From NCBI GenBank assembly GCA_032128875.1, contig JAVLKG010000001.1, forward strand, positions 768,001 to 832,000: 64,000 bases of DNA, read 5' to 3'. The notes under the pieces were generated by a model. It did not search any database. It was not told where the DNA came from and was given only the letters and a program-made list of their open reading frames with translations. Positions 1-10,028 of the stretch are shown piece by piece. The stretch's first letter is position 1; each line of letters starts with the position of its first letter. Source of the DNA: Candidatus Melainabacteria bacterium 17Bon1m (GTDB lineage: Bacteria; Cyanobacteriota; Vampirovibrionia; Obscuribacterales; Obscuribacteraceae). The position numbers were made by a program, and so were the translations under genes.

Positions 1-259
1 CACTGCCAAATCCAAGCATGCCCATGACACCAGAGCCTACTGTTACGTGCTGGAACATCATCAGCACACCGATGCCGATTAGACCCAAACCGCCGAAATA
101 GCACAAGTCCGATTTGACCGTCGTAGCCGGTGTTTGCGAACCACCGGTCGTGAGAGTGGTTGATTTGTTGTCGGACGCGAGTTGACCCGGGGACTCTTTA
201 AGGACTGAGGTTTCCAGCTCGAGGAGCTTCTTCTTAATCTCTTCTTCCTTGCGGTTCAT
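1..259 (-). CDS. Hypothetical membrane protein, partial (runs off the left edge)
   Basis: Manual translation from ATG at 259 with a GGAGG RBS: MNRKEEEIKKKLLELE...CYFGGLGLIGIGVLMMFQHVTVGSG; open to the window edge; absent from the ORF track because it is truncated. Confidence 0.7.
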   Translation of the reverse strand, partial: MNRKEEEIKKKLLELETSVLKESPGQLASDNKSTTLTTGGSQTPATTVKSDLCYFGGLGLIGIGVLMMFQHVTVGSGVMGMLGFGS

Positions 260-434
260 TGGACCTCCAGGCAGTCCTGAAAAACGTTGGCTGCAGGGCG
301 CATAGCTACTTATTCAATTATTTGGAACAGGTGCTGCAACCAACAAAAAGCGACAAATTAAATAACAATCGAATCACTACCCAATAATGGTTGCAACCAG
401 CATAGCACCGAATTTAGGCGGAGCCGGAAGGGGC

Positions 435-2198
435 TTATCCGGAGGCGCCTGCGCCGGTTTGCGCCGTTGCCTTTTCTTGAAAGCGCTGGGCAATTGGCAT
501 TCGCCAACCCATCCCGAAGGCGCGTGACGAAACCTTCAATCCCGGCGCCGCCTGTTTGCGTTTGTACTCGTTGCGATCGATGCGGTTGATAACGTCCTGC
601 ACCACCTCGGGGCGATAGCCGAGTCTTATGATTTCATCCGGTTTGCGCCGTTGTTCTACATATGCGTGCAAAATGCCGTCCAATATCACATATGGTGGCA
701 GGCTATCCTGATCGAGCTGGTTGGGGCGCAACTCTGCAGAGGGTGGCTTGTCTATCGTGCTTACAGGAATAATGGGCTTCCCGGCTTCTTCGTTGATATA
801 TCGGGCGACGTCGTAGACCATCATTTTGGGAAGGTCTGATATCACGGCGAGGCCGCCGCACATGTCACCATATAGAGTGCAATAACCGACAGCTAGTTCT
901 GACTTGTTGCCGGTGGCGAGTACCAGATGACCAAACTTGTTGGAAGCCGCCATCAGGATCGCGCCGCGTATCCTTGCCTGGATGTTCTCTTCGGTAACAT
1001 CCCGCTCTCGCCCGGCAAAGAGCGGAGACAGCATGGTGTCATAGGCATTCATTGCAGGTTCAATGGGCACAATGTGAAACTCGATGCCCAGAGTTTCTGC
1101 CAGCTCTCTGGCATCATCAATAGAATGTTGGGAGGAAAACGGCGAAGGCATGGCGATACCCATTACGTTTTCTTTGCCCACAGCTTTTACCGCAATGGCA
1201 GCGGTTACTGCCGAATCGATACCGCCGGAAAGTCCAATCACAGCTTTCTTAAATCCGCATTTGCGCATGTAGTCGCGCGTTCCCAAGACAAGGGCCGCAA
1301 GCGTGTTGACGGTTCTGTCTGAGGAAAATTCGGTAATTTCTCCCGACAGTTTTAGAGACGACTCTTTCCTTATTTTGCCTGGTGCAATCTTTGCTTCCGT
1401 CTCTTTCGCTTTTGACGCTTTCTCTTCTTCTGTTTCTCTCTGCTCTACATCTACATAGATCAAGTCTTCTTCAAAAGCCTTTGCCATGGCGATTAACTCG
1501 CCCCGTTCGCTCATAACAAACGACCGACCATCAAAGATCAATTGATCGTTTCCACCAACGCTGTTTACATAAATCATCGGCAGCTGGTGACGTCGAGTCT
1601 GTTCTTTCACAAGTTCTAAGCGAATATGTTCTTTCCCAACGGCAAACGGTGACGCCGAAATATTGATAAGAAGGTCCGGTTTTTTCTCGCTAAGGAGTTG
1701 CAGCGGATCAATTTGATAGGAGAGTTTTTCCAATATATCGCCACGAGTCCAGATGTCTTCGCAAATGGAAAGCCCCACGCTTAAGTCTTTGAGGTGAATG
1801 GGCGTGTGTTGTGTAGCCGGTTGGAAATAGCGATCTTCGTCAAATACATCGTATGTTGGCAGCAATGTTTTGTGCTGAACTGCCTTGATAGCACCATCTT
1901 CAATGAATGCGCAGGCGTTGAATAGATGCCGTCCTTTGCCATGATTTACATCAACGAAACCAACGATTGCAGCAATGGGCAACTTCTCTTTTAGGCTGTG
2001 CAAACCCTCCAAGTTGGCCTGAATAAAGCTATCTTTGAGAAGCAAGTCTAAAGGCGGGTAGCCCGCGACGGCGAGTTCCGGAAAGACAATCAAATCTGCC
2101 CCGGCGGCTTTGGCCCGATTGGCGAATTCCAGCATTTTGTCTGTATTGCCGGTAATGTCACCGACCGTGGTGTTAATTTGTCCGAGCGCGATTTTCAT
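435..2198 (-). CDS. nadE: Glutamine-dependent NAD+ synthetase
   Basis: N-terminal nitrilase/CN-hydrolase domain (FPEL, K..LPTYDVFDEDRYF, ICEDIW) plus synthetase domain (GLSGGIDS, ENIQARIRG, TGNKSE, GYCTLYGD, PSAELRPNQ). Confidence 0.97.
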   Translation of the reverse strand: MKIALGQINTTVGDITGNTDKMLEFANRAKAAGADLIVFPELAVAGYPPLDLLLKDSFIQANLEGLHSLKEKLPIAAIVGFVDVNHGKGRHLFNACAFIEDGAIKAVQHKTLLPTYDVFDEDRYFQPATQHTPIHLKDLSVGLSICEDIWTRGDILEKLSYQIDPLQLLSEKKPDLLINISASPFAVGKEHIRLELVKEQTRRHQLPMIYVNSVGGNDQLIFDGRSFVMSERGELIAMAKAFEEDLIYVDVEQRETEEEKASKAKETEAKIAPGKIRKESSLKLSGEITEFSSDRTVNTLAALVLGTRDYMRKCGFKKAVIGLSGGIDSAVTAAIAVKAVGKENVMGIAMPSPFSSQHSIDDARELAETLGIEFHIVPIEPAMNAYDTMLSPLFAGRERDVTEENIQARIRGAILMAASNKFGHLVLATGNKSELAVGYCTLYGDMCGGLAVISDLPKMMVYDVARYINEEAGKPIIPVSTIDKPPSAELRPNQLDQDSLPPYVILDGILHAYVEQRRKPDEIIRLGYRPEVVQDVINRIDRNEYKRKQAAPGLKVSSRAFGMGWRMPIAQRFQEKATAQTGAGASG

Positions 2199-2437
2199 TA
2201 GGTTGCCTTTACAGCTGTTTTTACAGTGCGTTTAACAAGCGGCCTTTCATGGGACATATTTATCAGGACACTCGTTCCAAGAAAAAGAATTATCGCAGTT
2301 TCTTGGGGATTGGGCTCAAAACTGCCCTGGGCGCCGGATCTAGCGGAAAAGAACAGGTTCTGCTTGAATAATAAAAGCCCATTCATTTTTAGAAGTAAGT
2401 AGCTATAATTGTTAAATCCCGTTTACTAGAAAGTAAG

Positions 2438-3949
2438 GTGTCCATGAGCGGCTTAGTAGCTAAATCCTTAGCTAGCAAGGTGAAAACGCTTGCTATCACC
2501 GCCGTGTTTTCTGGTCTTTCAGTTGCATCGTCAACGCTTCCGATGCTGGCTCAAGTCTCTCATGAGGGAGTCGCAGCCGCAGGAACTCAGGCGCATGCGA
2601 CACATCACCTTTCGAGGCACTTGACCGGACCGGCAGACGGAGCCGGTCTTTGGCTCAATATGTGGAATTATCCGCTGCCAGAGAATGCAGATGCTTACTG
2701 CAAGAAGATGCACAATCATGGGATTCGCAATCTTTTCGTCCAAACTTCCCGCAGCACTACGCCAGCTATCTGTGAGCCGGCGCGTTTAAGCGCCTTGATT
2801 GATGCGGCGCACCGCTACAAAATACGGGTTATTTGCTGGGGCTATCACGAGCTGGCCAATCCGGCAGTCGATGCAGCCAAGATGATTGCGGCAGCTAAAT
2901 TCACCAGCGAGCGCGGAGATCATATTGATGCTGTTGCACCCAACCTGGAGAAAAATCTTGATGCCAAGGCTGTAGAAGCCTATCTCAAAGACATTCGTGC
3001 TGCGATCGGACCGAATATGCCGATTATGGCCGTCGTCTACAGCCCTCTGAATAGAGCTCCCCAGGTCGCGAAAACCCCTTGGAAGTTGCTCGCAAAATAT
3101 TGCGACATCATTGCGCCGATGGCATACTGGAACTCCAAATGGCAGAAATATTCAGCCTATGAGTACACCTGGTCGACGGTCAAAATGGTTCGCCAGTTGA
3201 GCGGTAAGCCGGATGTTGAGGTTCACGTTATCGGTGACGGCATGGGCACGAAAGCCGATTCCATCAACGATTTCATGCGCGCTTGCAAGGCTGCCGAAGC
3301 AACGTCAGCCAGTTTGTATCCGAATCACCAGCCGACAGACGAGCAGCTAATCTGCCTCTCGAAGTATTTCGAGTATTTCCCTGTCAACTCCCGCTACCGC
3401 CTCTTCGCCCTTCGCGAACTGACAGCCTCCGGCGTTATTGAGCCGTTGGCGATGGGTGATCCTGCTGCTTCCATCTCGCGTGGAGACTTCTATGTTCTCG
3501 TCCTACGCCAGTTGGACCGACACAATGTTTTAGCCAAGCGCTCGCCTCTGGAGCGGACCTCCTTGCCCTTGGACGTGACCAAAGTTGGTGCTTACAAACT
3601 TCTTGCTCGCGTTAAAGCGGTTGAAGCGAAGGGGTTGGAGCTGGCTTCGGAAGAGTCCTTGGACGACTATCTTCGTCGCCCAATGTGGCCACGTGAGGCT
3701 CTTGAGCTTGTCGCCCGCCTGGTGGAAGTTCAAACAAGCTTAAAACGCCTGCCGCCGACAGTGATTGAGCACTATGCTCGTGCTTACCGCGGGACTGCTG
3801 TCGCTCGAAAAGACGGCGAGGTCAATGGTTGGCTAGGGCAACCCGCATTTGCGGAACGTCCGAGCGCTCAGAACGCCCCTGGGGCTCGCCCTCTCAGCTA
3901 TCTCGACGCCGCCCAGATCTCCCTGGATGCTGTCTCCGGCTTGAGATAA
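2438..3949 (+). CDS. Exported hypothetical protein; possible glycoside-hydrolase-like TIM barrel plus SLH-like C-terminal region
   Basis: 503-aa ORF with a signal-peptide-like N-terminus; GLWLNMW, GIRNLFVQT, DIIAPMAYW resemble GHL-type barrels; ISRGDF resembles an SLH motif. Confidence 0.5.
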   Translation: MSMSGLVAKSLASKVKTLAITAVFSGLSVASSTLPMLAQVSHEGVAAAGTQAHATHHLSRHLTGPADGAGLWLNMWNYPLPENADAYCKKMHNHGIRNLFVQTSRSTTPAICEPARLSALIDAAHRYKIRVICWGYHELANPAVDAAKMIAAAKFTSERGDHIDAVAPNLEKNLDAKAVEAYLKDIRAAIGPNMPIMAVVYSPLNRAPQVAKTPWKLLAKYCDIIAPMAYWNSKWQKYSAYEYTWSTVKMVRQLSGKPDVEVHVIGDGMGTKADSINDFMRACKAAEATSASLYPNHQPTDEQLICLSKYFEYFPVNSRYRLFALRELTASGVIEPLAMGDPAASISRGDFYVLVLRQLDRHNVLAKRSPLERTSLPLDVTKVGAYKLLARVKAVEAKGLELASEESLDDYLRRPMWPREALELVARLVEVQTSLKRLPPTVIEHYARAYRGTAVARKDGEVNGWLGQPAFAERPSAQNAPGARPLSYLDAAQISLDAVSGLR

Positions 3950-4303
3950 CCCGATCTCATTCATTGAAAACTTGAAAGTCGCTTTCATGCGGCTTACGAT
4001 CACGCCGGAAATGCCGCTGACTACCATGGCGCAAATGCCGCCCCAGCCAAGGGATTGCAATCGGCCTTTCAAGGGATCAAAATGAAGTTAAAGCCGAAGT
4101 GTTGAGGTGATTATTTGCCGGACACGGGTACAAAACTGGTAAGTAATTCGACCGAAACTTTGGCAAATCCAAGGTTCATAACTGGTTAGAAATTGACGAT
4201 TTTCGACAGAACAACATCACCGGCATGACGAGCGAGCGCGGAGGCACTCGGCTCACGTGGCCGGTTTTACATTTATAGTCCCCCTCTGAAAGGAGGTTTG
4301 ATC

Positions 4304-4891
4304 ATGCAAGTGACCGTAACCGGGCGCAATATCGAGCTTACTCCGGCCCTCAAAGATTATTTGGTAGACAAGTTAGCTCGAGCGCAAAAACACTTCGATC
4401 ATGCTCTCAGCATTACAGCCCTGCTCAGCGTAGCCAAGAATAAATCGATCGCCAATAATCAAACGGCTGAAATAACGATCAGTCTTAACGGCTCGGTTAT
4501 TCGAGGAGAAGAGTCGACCGAGAATATGTACGCCTCCATCGATTTGGTCGCAGACAAAATTGAGCGTCAGCTGCGTAAGTACAAGACAAGGTATTGGCAT
4601 AAGGGCAATAAAGGCAAGGACAGGGGGGAACACAGTCCACCTGTTGACGTCAGTCCGTCTGAGGACGACGATTTCGCCGTTCAGAAAGAGATTGCCCTGG
4701 AGGACATCAAGCCGAAAATTGTTCGCTCGAAGCGCTTCCCATTGAAGCCGATGTTGCCTGAAGAAGCCTGCAAGCATATGGATCTGCTCGGACATGACTT
4801 CTTTATGTTCATCAACTCCGAGACACAACAAGTCAACACTGTTTATCACAGACGCGACGGCAATTACGGTTTGATCGAACCCGAGGCATAA
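4304..4891 (+). CDS. hpf: Ribosome hibernation promoting factor, long form (HPF/LrtA)
   Basis: MQVTVTGRNIELTPALKDY, NMYASIDLVADKIERQLRKYK, C-terminal KPM..EEA...MDLLGHDFFMF..VYHRRDGNYGLIEP; AGGAGG RBS. Confidence 0.96.
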   Translation: MQVTVTGRNIELTPALKDYLVDKLARAQKHFDHALSITALLSVAKNKSIANNQTAEITISLNGSVIRGEESTENMYASIDLVADKIERQLRKYKTRYWHKGNKGKDRGEHSPPVDVSPSEDDDFAVQKEIALEDIKPKIVRSKRFPLKPMLPEEACKHMDLLGHDFFMFINSETQQVNTVYHRRDGNYGLIEPEA

Positions 4892-5160
4892 ATCCGGGTC
4901 TGCTTGAAAACCAAAGTGGCAATTTGTTTGCTCTAGCTGTTTCCGCAGCTTCTATTGCGGCGCACTGGGGCGGGCGTTTGCCGCACTTTGCAGCGCTTTG
5001 AAAAATCAACGACAGCAAAAGGCAAGCTTCTGGTTTGAAAATTCAGCACCCGATTTCGCGGAGCACCAAAAAGCGCGATATTGCGTGTTGGGTGTCTGAG
5101 TTTTCAGGAGATCAGGAAAAATCCTGTGGCTATATAAATAGATTCAATTAAAATCCATTC

Positions 5161-8100
5161 TTGGTATGCTGTGAGAGCCTGCGGGGGTCAACCTTCCGGG
5201 TGGTTAGTAACGGCGTATTCAAACGGCTAAAAATTGAATCGCGATTTTTCGAGGGGCGTAGAGCGGTGTCATCCATTTCAGATCGTGGTGTAGCAAAACG
5301 AATTTTTCTTTCGCTTTTGGTTGCAGGGACAGTATTCATAGGTCCATCATCAATAAGCGCATATGCCGATGCAAACGCTGTAATCGGCATGAATAATGAG
5401 GGTGTAAAGGCGCTCAATGCGGGCAATTTTGCACTAGCGATTCAAAAATTCGAAGCAGCGTTGCAGATGGATAAGTCCTATCAGCTAGCGCGAGAAAACC
5501 TCGCGATCGCTCACAACAACTATGGACTGCAGCTCGCGAAGAGCAATCCGCAAGAAGCGCTCAAGCAGTTTCACCAGGCGTACTATTTAAATAAGACGAA
5601 TGCCACCACTGCGCAAAACGTGGAAGGCATTATTAGAATGCTCGGAAAAGATCCGCGCGATTTCAAAACGCGTATTCAGATGGCTGATCAAGCCCGCATG
5701 TCCGGTGACTTTGTCGGCGCAATTGTTGAGTACGCAGAAGCGCTCAAGATCAAAGACGATGCGAAGATTCACGTGAAACTCGGCGATGTGTATCGTGTCC
5801 GCGATAACGTTGATGATGCGATCAAAGAGTATCAAGCGGCTGCGCGCTCAGGCGACAGCGCTGAAGTTGAAGTAAAGCTTGGGCAAGCGCTGCAAGCGAA
5901 AGGAGACCTTCCAAATGCTGTTGTTGCTTTCGGAAAAGCGCTTGCATTTAAGCCCGATGACAGCGATACATTAGATGCGCTGCAAGCGGCATGGGAAGAC
6001 GCTCTCAAAAAAGATCCATTGGCGCCAGATAATCACATCGGTCTTGGACAAGCATTGCAATTCCGCGGTGACTTCGGTGGTGCTACAGCAGAGTATAAGC
6101 AAGCAATTCAATTGTCGAAGGGCAATAATCCAACCGCTCAAAAGTTGTTGAATGCGTTGCCTGAGGTAATCAGGAAAGCAACAATCGACAAGTACATCAA
6201 TAATGGTGTCGACTTGCAGAGTAAAGGATTGCTGGAGCCCGCTCTGGAGTCATATAACAAAGCCCTTCAGAGCGATCCCAACAATGCTGCCATCTGGGTA
6301 AACATCGGAACTGTTTATCAAGCGAAGAAGGACTATTCCAAAGCTGTTGAAGCGTATCAAAAAGCATTGACTCTGGATCCTAGAAACACAGCCGCTGCAG
6401 AAGGTTTCAAAAGCTGCCAGGATCTCATGCAAGAGCAGCAGATTACGGCGTCGGAAAATGCTGCCGGAGATGCTTACAAACAAGGACGTTACGAAGAGGC
6501 GCTCAAGATCTATGGTTCTCTGATCCAAAAGGATCCCAAGAACGCAGCCTACTACTATAACCGTGGTGCTGCGCAGCAGATGTTGAAACAGTTTGACTTG
6601 GCGATGGCTGATTACAATCAGGCGATGAGTCTTGATCCGAAGAACAAGACATACAGCGATGCCATGGATTCGGCGAAGAAGGCTAAAGTTGATCCGATCA
6701 TTGCGGATGCTGTGGCAAAGCACAAAGCTGAGGACTATCAGGGAGCAATTGCAGGCTATCAACAAGCGCTTGCGATTCAGCCTAATAACGCTCCTCTCTG
6801 GTTCAACCTGGCCAGTGCACAGTATGCGATGGAAGACTATTCTCGCGCACGCGACTCGTATCAAAAGGCGTTAGAAGTTGATCCTAAAGGTCAGGTTGAC
6901 GATCTGTATTTGATCGCGGTTATCGATGAACACTATGGAAAAGGCCCGCAGGCGCAGGGTGAATACTTGCGTTATATGTCGCAAGCTCCCAATGGAAAGT
7001 ACGCTGCTCAAGCTAAAGAGCGTGTTACTGCACTAAACAAAGGCGAGCCTCCGCAGAAGATCAAGGGCAAGGCGGAAATCGCCGCTGAGAAATCTGCTGA
7101 CGATGCGTATCAGGCAGCAATGAATTTGAGCAATGCCGGCAAGATGGATGATGCGATTGCACAGATTCAAAAAGCGATTGCAGCTCAGCCGAAATATGCA
7201 GACTACTATGCGGTTTACGGTTCCTTCTTGCAAAAGCAAGGTAAATTCGACGAGGCGATGGCGCAGTACAAACAGGCCGCATCAATCGATCCGAAGAACC
7301 CCAAAAACCAAGAATATTTGAATGCTGTCAACGATGCGCAGGGTGACAAAGTGGCACCGATTGCAGATGCTGCTGTAAAGCTCCAGCAAGAAGGCAAGCT
7401 GCAAGAGGCAATCGCCAAGTATCAGGAAGCGATCGCAATTCTTCCAAACAACGGTGCGCTCTGGAGAAACATGGGCAGTGCGTATCAAGCTGCCGACGAT
7501 TTCAACAATGCGTTTAACGCCTATAAGAAAGCATATGCTGCCGACCCGAAGGGCGAAGTAAACTGCCTTTATTTCATGGCAGTGATTGATGAAAACTACA
7601 AACGCGGTCAAGCAGCGTTTGACAAATACAATCAATACAAGCGCGAAGCGCCTGCCGGCCAGTTCATCAAAGAAGCTAATGCGCGTATCGCTGCGTTAAG
7701 CAAAAACGTCGCTGACACTATTGCAATGCAGACTCAAGCTGAAGCAAAAGCTGATGCTGAGGTTCAAAAACTCATTCAACAAGCAGCTGATGCATACAAT
7801 CAGAAGAATTATGACGTGGCAATTGGTTTGTACCAGCAAATCGCCCAGCTAAAGCCGAAAGAGCCTTCCATACCGTTTTCACTTGGTGCTATTTATCAAA
7901 GCAAGGAAGATTGGAATAATGCTGTCCAGTTTTTCCAACAAGCTGTAAACATGGATCCGAAGAACAAGCAATATGCTGAAGCTTTGGCGGCTGCAAAGGC
8001 GAGTGCCGTTGGACCTGTAATGCAAGAGGGCTATCAAAAGCAAACCGCTGGTGATTTCGCCGGCGCAATTCCTCTGTATGAGAAAGGCTTGCAGCAATAT

Positions 8101-9039
8101 CCAAACAATGCCGCCGGTTGGACAAGTTTGGCTGCTTGCTATCAAGCAACTGATGCGTTCCAAAAAGCTTACGATGCATACAAAAAAGGTTATGACCTTG
8201 ATCCAAAGGGACAAGTCGGCAACCTTTATTTCATGGGTATCCTCGACGAAAACTTCGGAAAGGGTAATCAGGCCTGGAACGAATATCGCGATTATGTCGC
8301 AAAAGATCCACGCGGTGCTTACACATCCGACGCGCAGTCACGAATTGCCAGACTTGGTAAGAACGTGAATGACGTCGTAAAATTGCAAACATCCAATCAG
8401 GTCAAAGCTCAAGGCGAAGCCGCTGCAGCTTACGATGCTGCGGTGAAATTGCAAACAGATCAGAAGTACGACGAGTCGATTGCTAAATACAAAGAAGCAA
8501 TTGCGCTTCTGCCAAATAGCGATTCCTTCTACTACGGTATGGGAACTTGCTATCAAGCAAAAAATGACATTGACCTTGCAATTGAAGCGTACAAGAAGGC
8601 GATTAGCCTTGCGCCCAACAATCCGACGTACAAGCAGACACTAAGCGGTGCGCAGCAAATCAAGGCGGCTCCGTTGATCGATTCTGCGATCAAGAAGCAA
8701 ACCGATGCTGCCAAACCTGATCTGCCTGGTGCGATCGCAGACTATGAAGCGGCCTTGAAGTTGTGGAACGATCCTTCGACCCACATGAACTTGGGTACTG
8801 CGTATCAAGCGGCTAACAACTTAAACAGAGCAATGCAGGAATACAATACTGCTCTGCAAATGGACGCGCGTACCTGCGTCGAGTGCTACTACTATCGTGG
8901 CACTCTATGGGAAGCCTTGAAAAACATTCCGAATGCAATCAAGGACTACCAAGCGTACCTGCGTGCTGCCCCAACCGGTCAAAGTGCTGGTCCTGTTCGC
9001 GAACGCATCAAGATCCTTGCGCCCGCCGGCAAGAGGTAG
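5161..9039 (+). CDS. Large exported tetratricopeptide-repeat protein (true start probably near GTG 5266)
   Basis: Signal peptide ending AYA, followed by many TPR consensus units (e.g. AAIWVNIGTVY...AVEAYQKALTLDP). Confidence 0.9.
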   Translation: MVCCESLRGSTFRVVSNGVFKRLKIESRFFEGRRAVSSISDRGVAKRIFLSLLVAGTVFIGPSSISAYADANAVIGMNNEGVKALNAGNFALAIQKFEAALQMDKSYQLARENLAIAHNNYGLQLAKSNPQEALKQFHQAYYLNKTNATTAQNVEGIIRMLGKDPRDFKTRIQMADQARMSGDFVGAIVEYAEALKIKDDAKIHVKLGDVYRVRDNVDDAIKEYQAAARSGDSAEVEVKLGQALQAKGDLPNAVVAFGKALAFKPDDSDTLDALQAAWEDALKKDPLAPDNHIGLGQALQFRGDFGGATAEYKQAIQLSKGNNPTAQKLLNALPEVIRKATIDKYINNGVDLQSKGLLEPALESYNKALQSDPNNAAIWVNIGTVYQAKKDYSKAVEAYQKALTLDPRNTAAAEGFKSCQDLMQEQQITASENAAGDAYKQGRYEEALKIYGSLIQKDPKNAAYYYNRGAAQQMLKQFDLAMADYNQAMSLDPKNKTYSDAMDSAKKAKVDPIIADAVAKHKAEDYQGAIAGYQQALAIQPNNAPLWFNLASAQYAMEDYSRARDSYQKALEVDPKGQVDDLYLIAVIDEHYGKGPQAQGEYLRYMSQAPNGKYAAQAKERVTALNKGEPPQKIKGKAEIAAEKSADDAYQAAMNLSNAGKMDDAIAQIQKAIAAQPKYADYYAVYGSFLQKQGKFDEAMAQYKQAASIDPKNPKNQEYLNAVNDAQGDKVAPIADAAVKLQQEGKLQEAIAKYQEAIAILPNNGALWRNMGSAYQAADDFNNAFNAYKKAYAADPKGEVNCLYFMAVIDENYKRGQAAFDKYNQYKREAPAGQFIKEANARIAALSKNVADTIAMQTQAEAKADAEVQKLIQQAADAYNQKNYDVAIGLYQQIAQLKPKEPSIPFSLGAIYQSKEDWNNAVQFFQQAVNMDPKNKQYAEALAAAKASAVGPVMQEGYQKQTAGDFAGAIPLYEKGLQQYPNNAAGWTSLAACYQATDAFQKAYDAYKKGYDLDPKGQVGNLYFMGILDENFGKGNQAWNEYRDYVAKDPRGAYTSDAQSRIARLGKNVNDVVKLQTSNQVKAQGEAAAAYDAAVKLQTDQKYDESIAKYKEAIALLPNSDSFYYGMGTCYQAKNDIDLAIEAYKKAISLAPNNPTYKQTLSGAQQIKAAPLIDSAIKKQTDAAKPDLPGAIADYEAALKLWNDPSTHMNLGTAYQAANNLNRAMQEYNTALQMDARTCVECYYYRGTLWEALKNIPNAIKDYQAYLRAAPTGQSAGPVRERIKILAPAGKR

Positions 9040-9044
9040 TTCTT

Positions 9045-9069
9045 GTTGGGGCGACGCCATGCGTCGCCC
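9045..9069 (+). repeat. REP-like palindrome, family A
   Basis: GTTGGGGCGACGC-CAT-GCGTCGCCC a few nt after the TPR stop codon; related copies elsewhere in the window. Confidence 0.75.
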
Positions 9070-9092
9070 TGTCTAAGATTGGAACGTCTGCG

Positions 9093-9992
9093 ATGTCGAA
9101 AACCACCAAAGCCAACGGTTCTTCAAAGACGGCAAAAGCTTCTTCCGACAAGAAGCTACTTTTTGGTGGTCACGTAAATGGTGGCGTCAAGGGTTCCGTC
9201 AGCAAAGCGGAAGAAATTGGCGCGCAGGTGATGCAGATTTTTCTTGGCTCTCCGCAATCATGGGCTGACGCTGCGCCGCTAGACAAGGATGTTGACCTGT
9301 TCGTTTCGCAAGTCTCAGAGAAGAAACTTGGCCCTGTTTTTGTTCACGGCAATTACCTCGTAAATCTCGCTTCCAATGACAGCACCAATTTGCAAAAATC
9401 CATCGACAAGTTGCGACATACGCTTTTCTTGTCGGACCGGATTCGCGCTCAGGCTGTCATATTCCACCCTGGTGCCGCAGGTCAGACATCGAAACCGGAC
9501 GCTCTGAAAAAGGTGGTGGCATCGATCAAGGAAATTTTGAAGGGCTACAAAGGTGATTGCAAACTTGCTCTTGAGGTTTGCGCTGGAGCCGGAACCACAA
9601 TTGGGGACAGGTTTTCCGACCTTAGCACCATAATTGATGCCCTGGACGGGGACGAACGACTTGCCGTTTGCCTCGACACCTGCCACCTATTTGCCGCCGG
9701 TTATGACGTCAGTTCTGCATCCGGATTGAAAGCAACGTTGGCTGAGTTTGAGGCTGAAGTGGGGTTTGAGCGTCTTATAGCCATTCACGCAAATGATTCA
9801 AAGACTCCTTTGGGCGCTCGAAGAGATCGCCACGAAAACATTGGACAGGGTTGTATCGGAGAAGATGGCTTCCGAAGAATGTTGCAGCACAAGGCTTTGC
9901 GGTATGTGCCTTGGGTTTTGGAAGTGCCAGGATTTTCGGGTAAGGGGCCTGATCGCGAAAACCTCGACATACTCAGACTTCTCGCTTCTTGA
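9093..9992 (+). CDS. nfo: Endonuclease IV (AP endonuclease family 2)
   Basis: Metal-ligand motifs VHGNYLVNL, FHPG, LEVCAG, CLDTCHLFAAGYD, IHANDSK, DRHENIGQG, VLEVP; the ORF-track start at 8883 overlaps the TPR gene, so ATG 9093 is preferred. Confidence 0.93.
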   Translation: MSKTTKANGSSKTAKASSDKKLLFGGHVNGGVKGSVSKAEEIGAQVMQIFLGSPQSWADAAPLDKDVDLFVSQVSEKKLGPVFVHGNYLVNLASNDSTNLQKSIDKLRHTLFLSDRIRAQAVIFHPGAAGQTSKPDALKKVVASIKEILKGYKGDCKLALEVCAGAGTTIGDRFSDLSTIIDALDGDERLAVCLDTCHLFAAGYDVSSASGLKATLAEFEAEVGFERLIAIHANDSKTPLGARRDRHENIGQGCIGEDGFRRMLQHKALRYVPWVLEVPGFSGKGPDRENLDILRLLAS

Positions 9993-10028
9993 AACTTCGT
10001 GTATGCTATTGACATGGGCTTCTGAGGC

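Noticed and set aside
8883-9092. N-terminal extension of endonuclease IV
   Set aside because: Overlaps the TPR gene end and a REP element; ATG 9093 is more plausible
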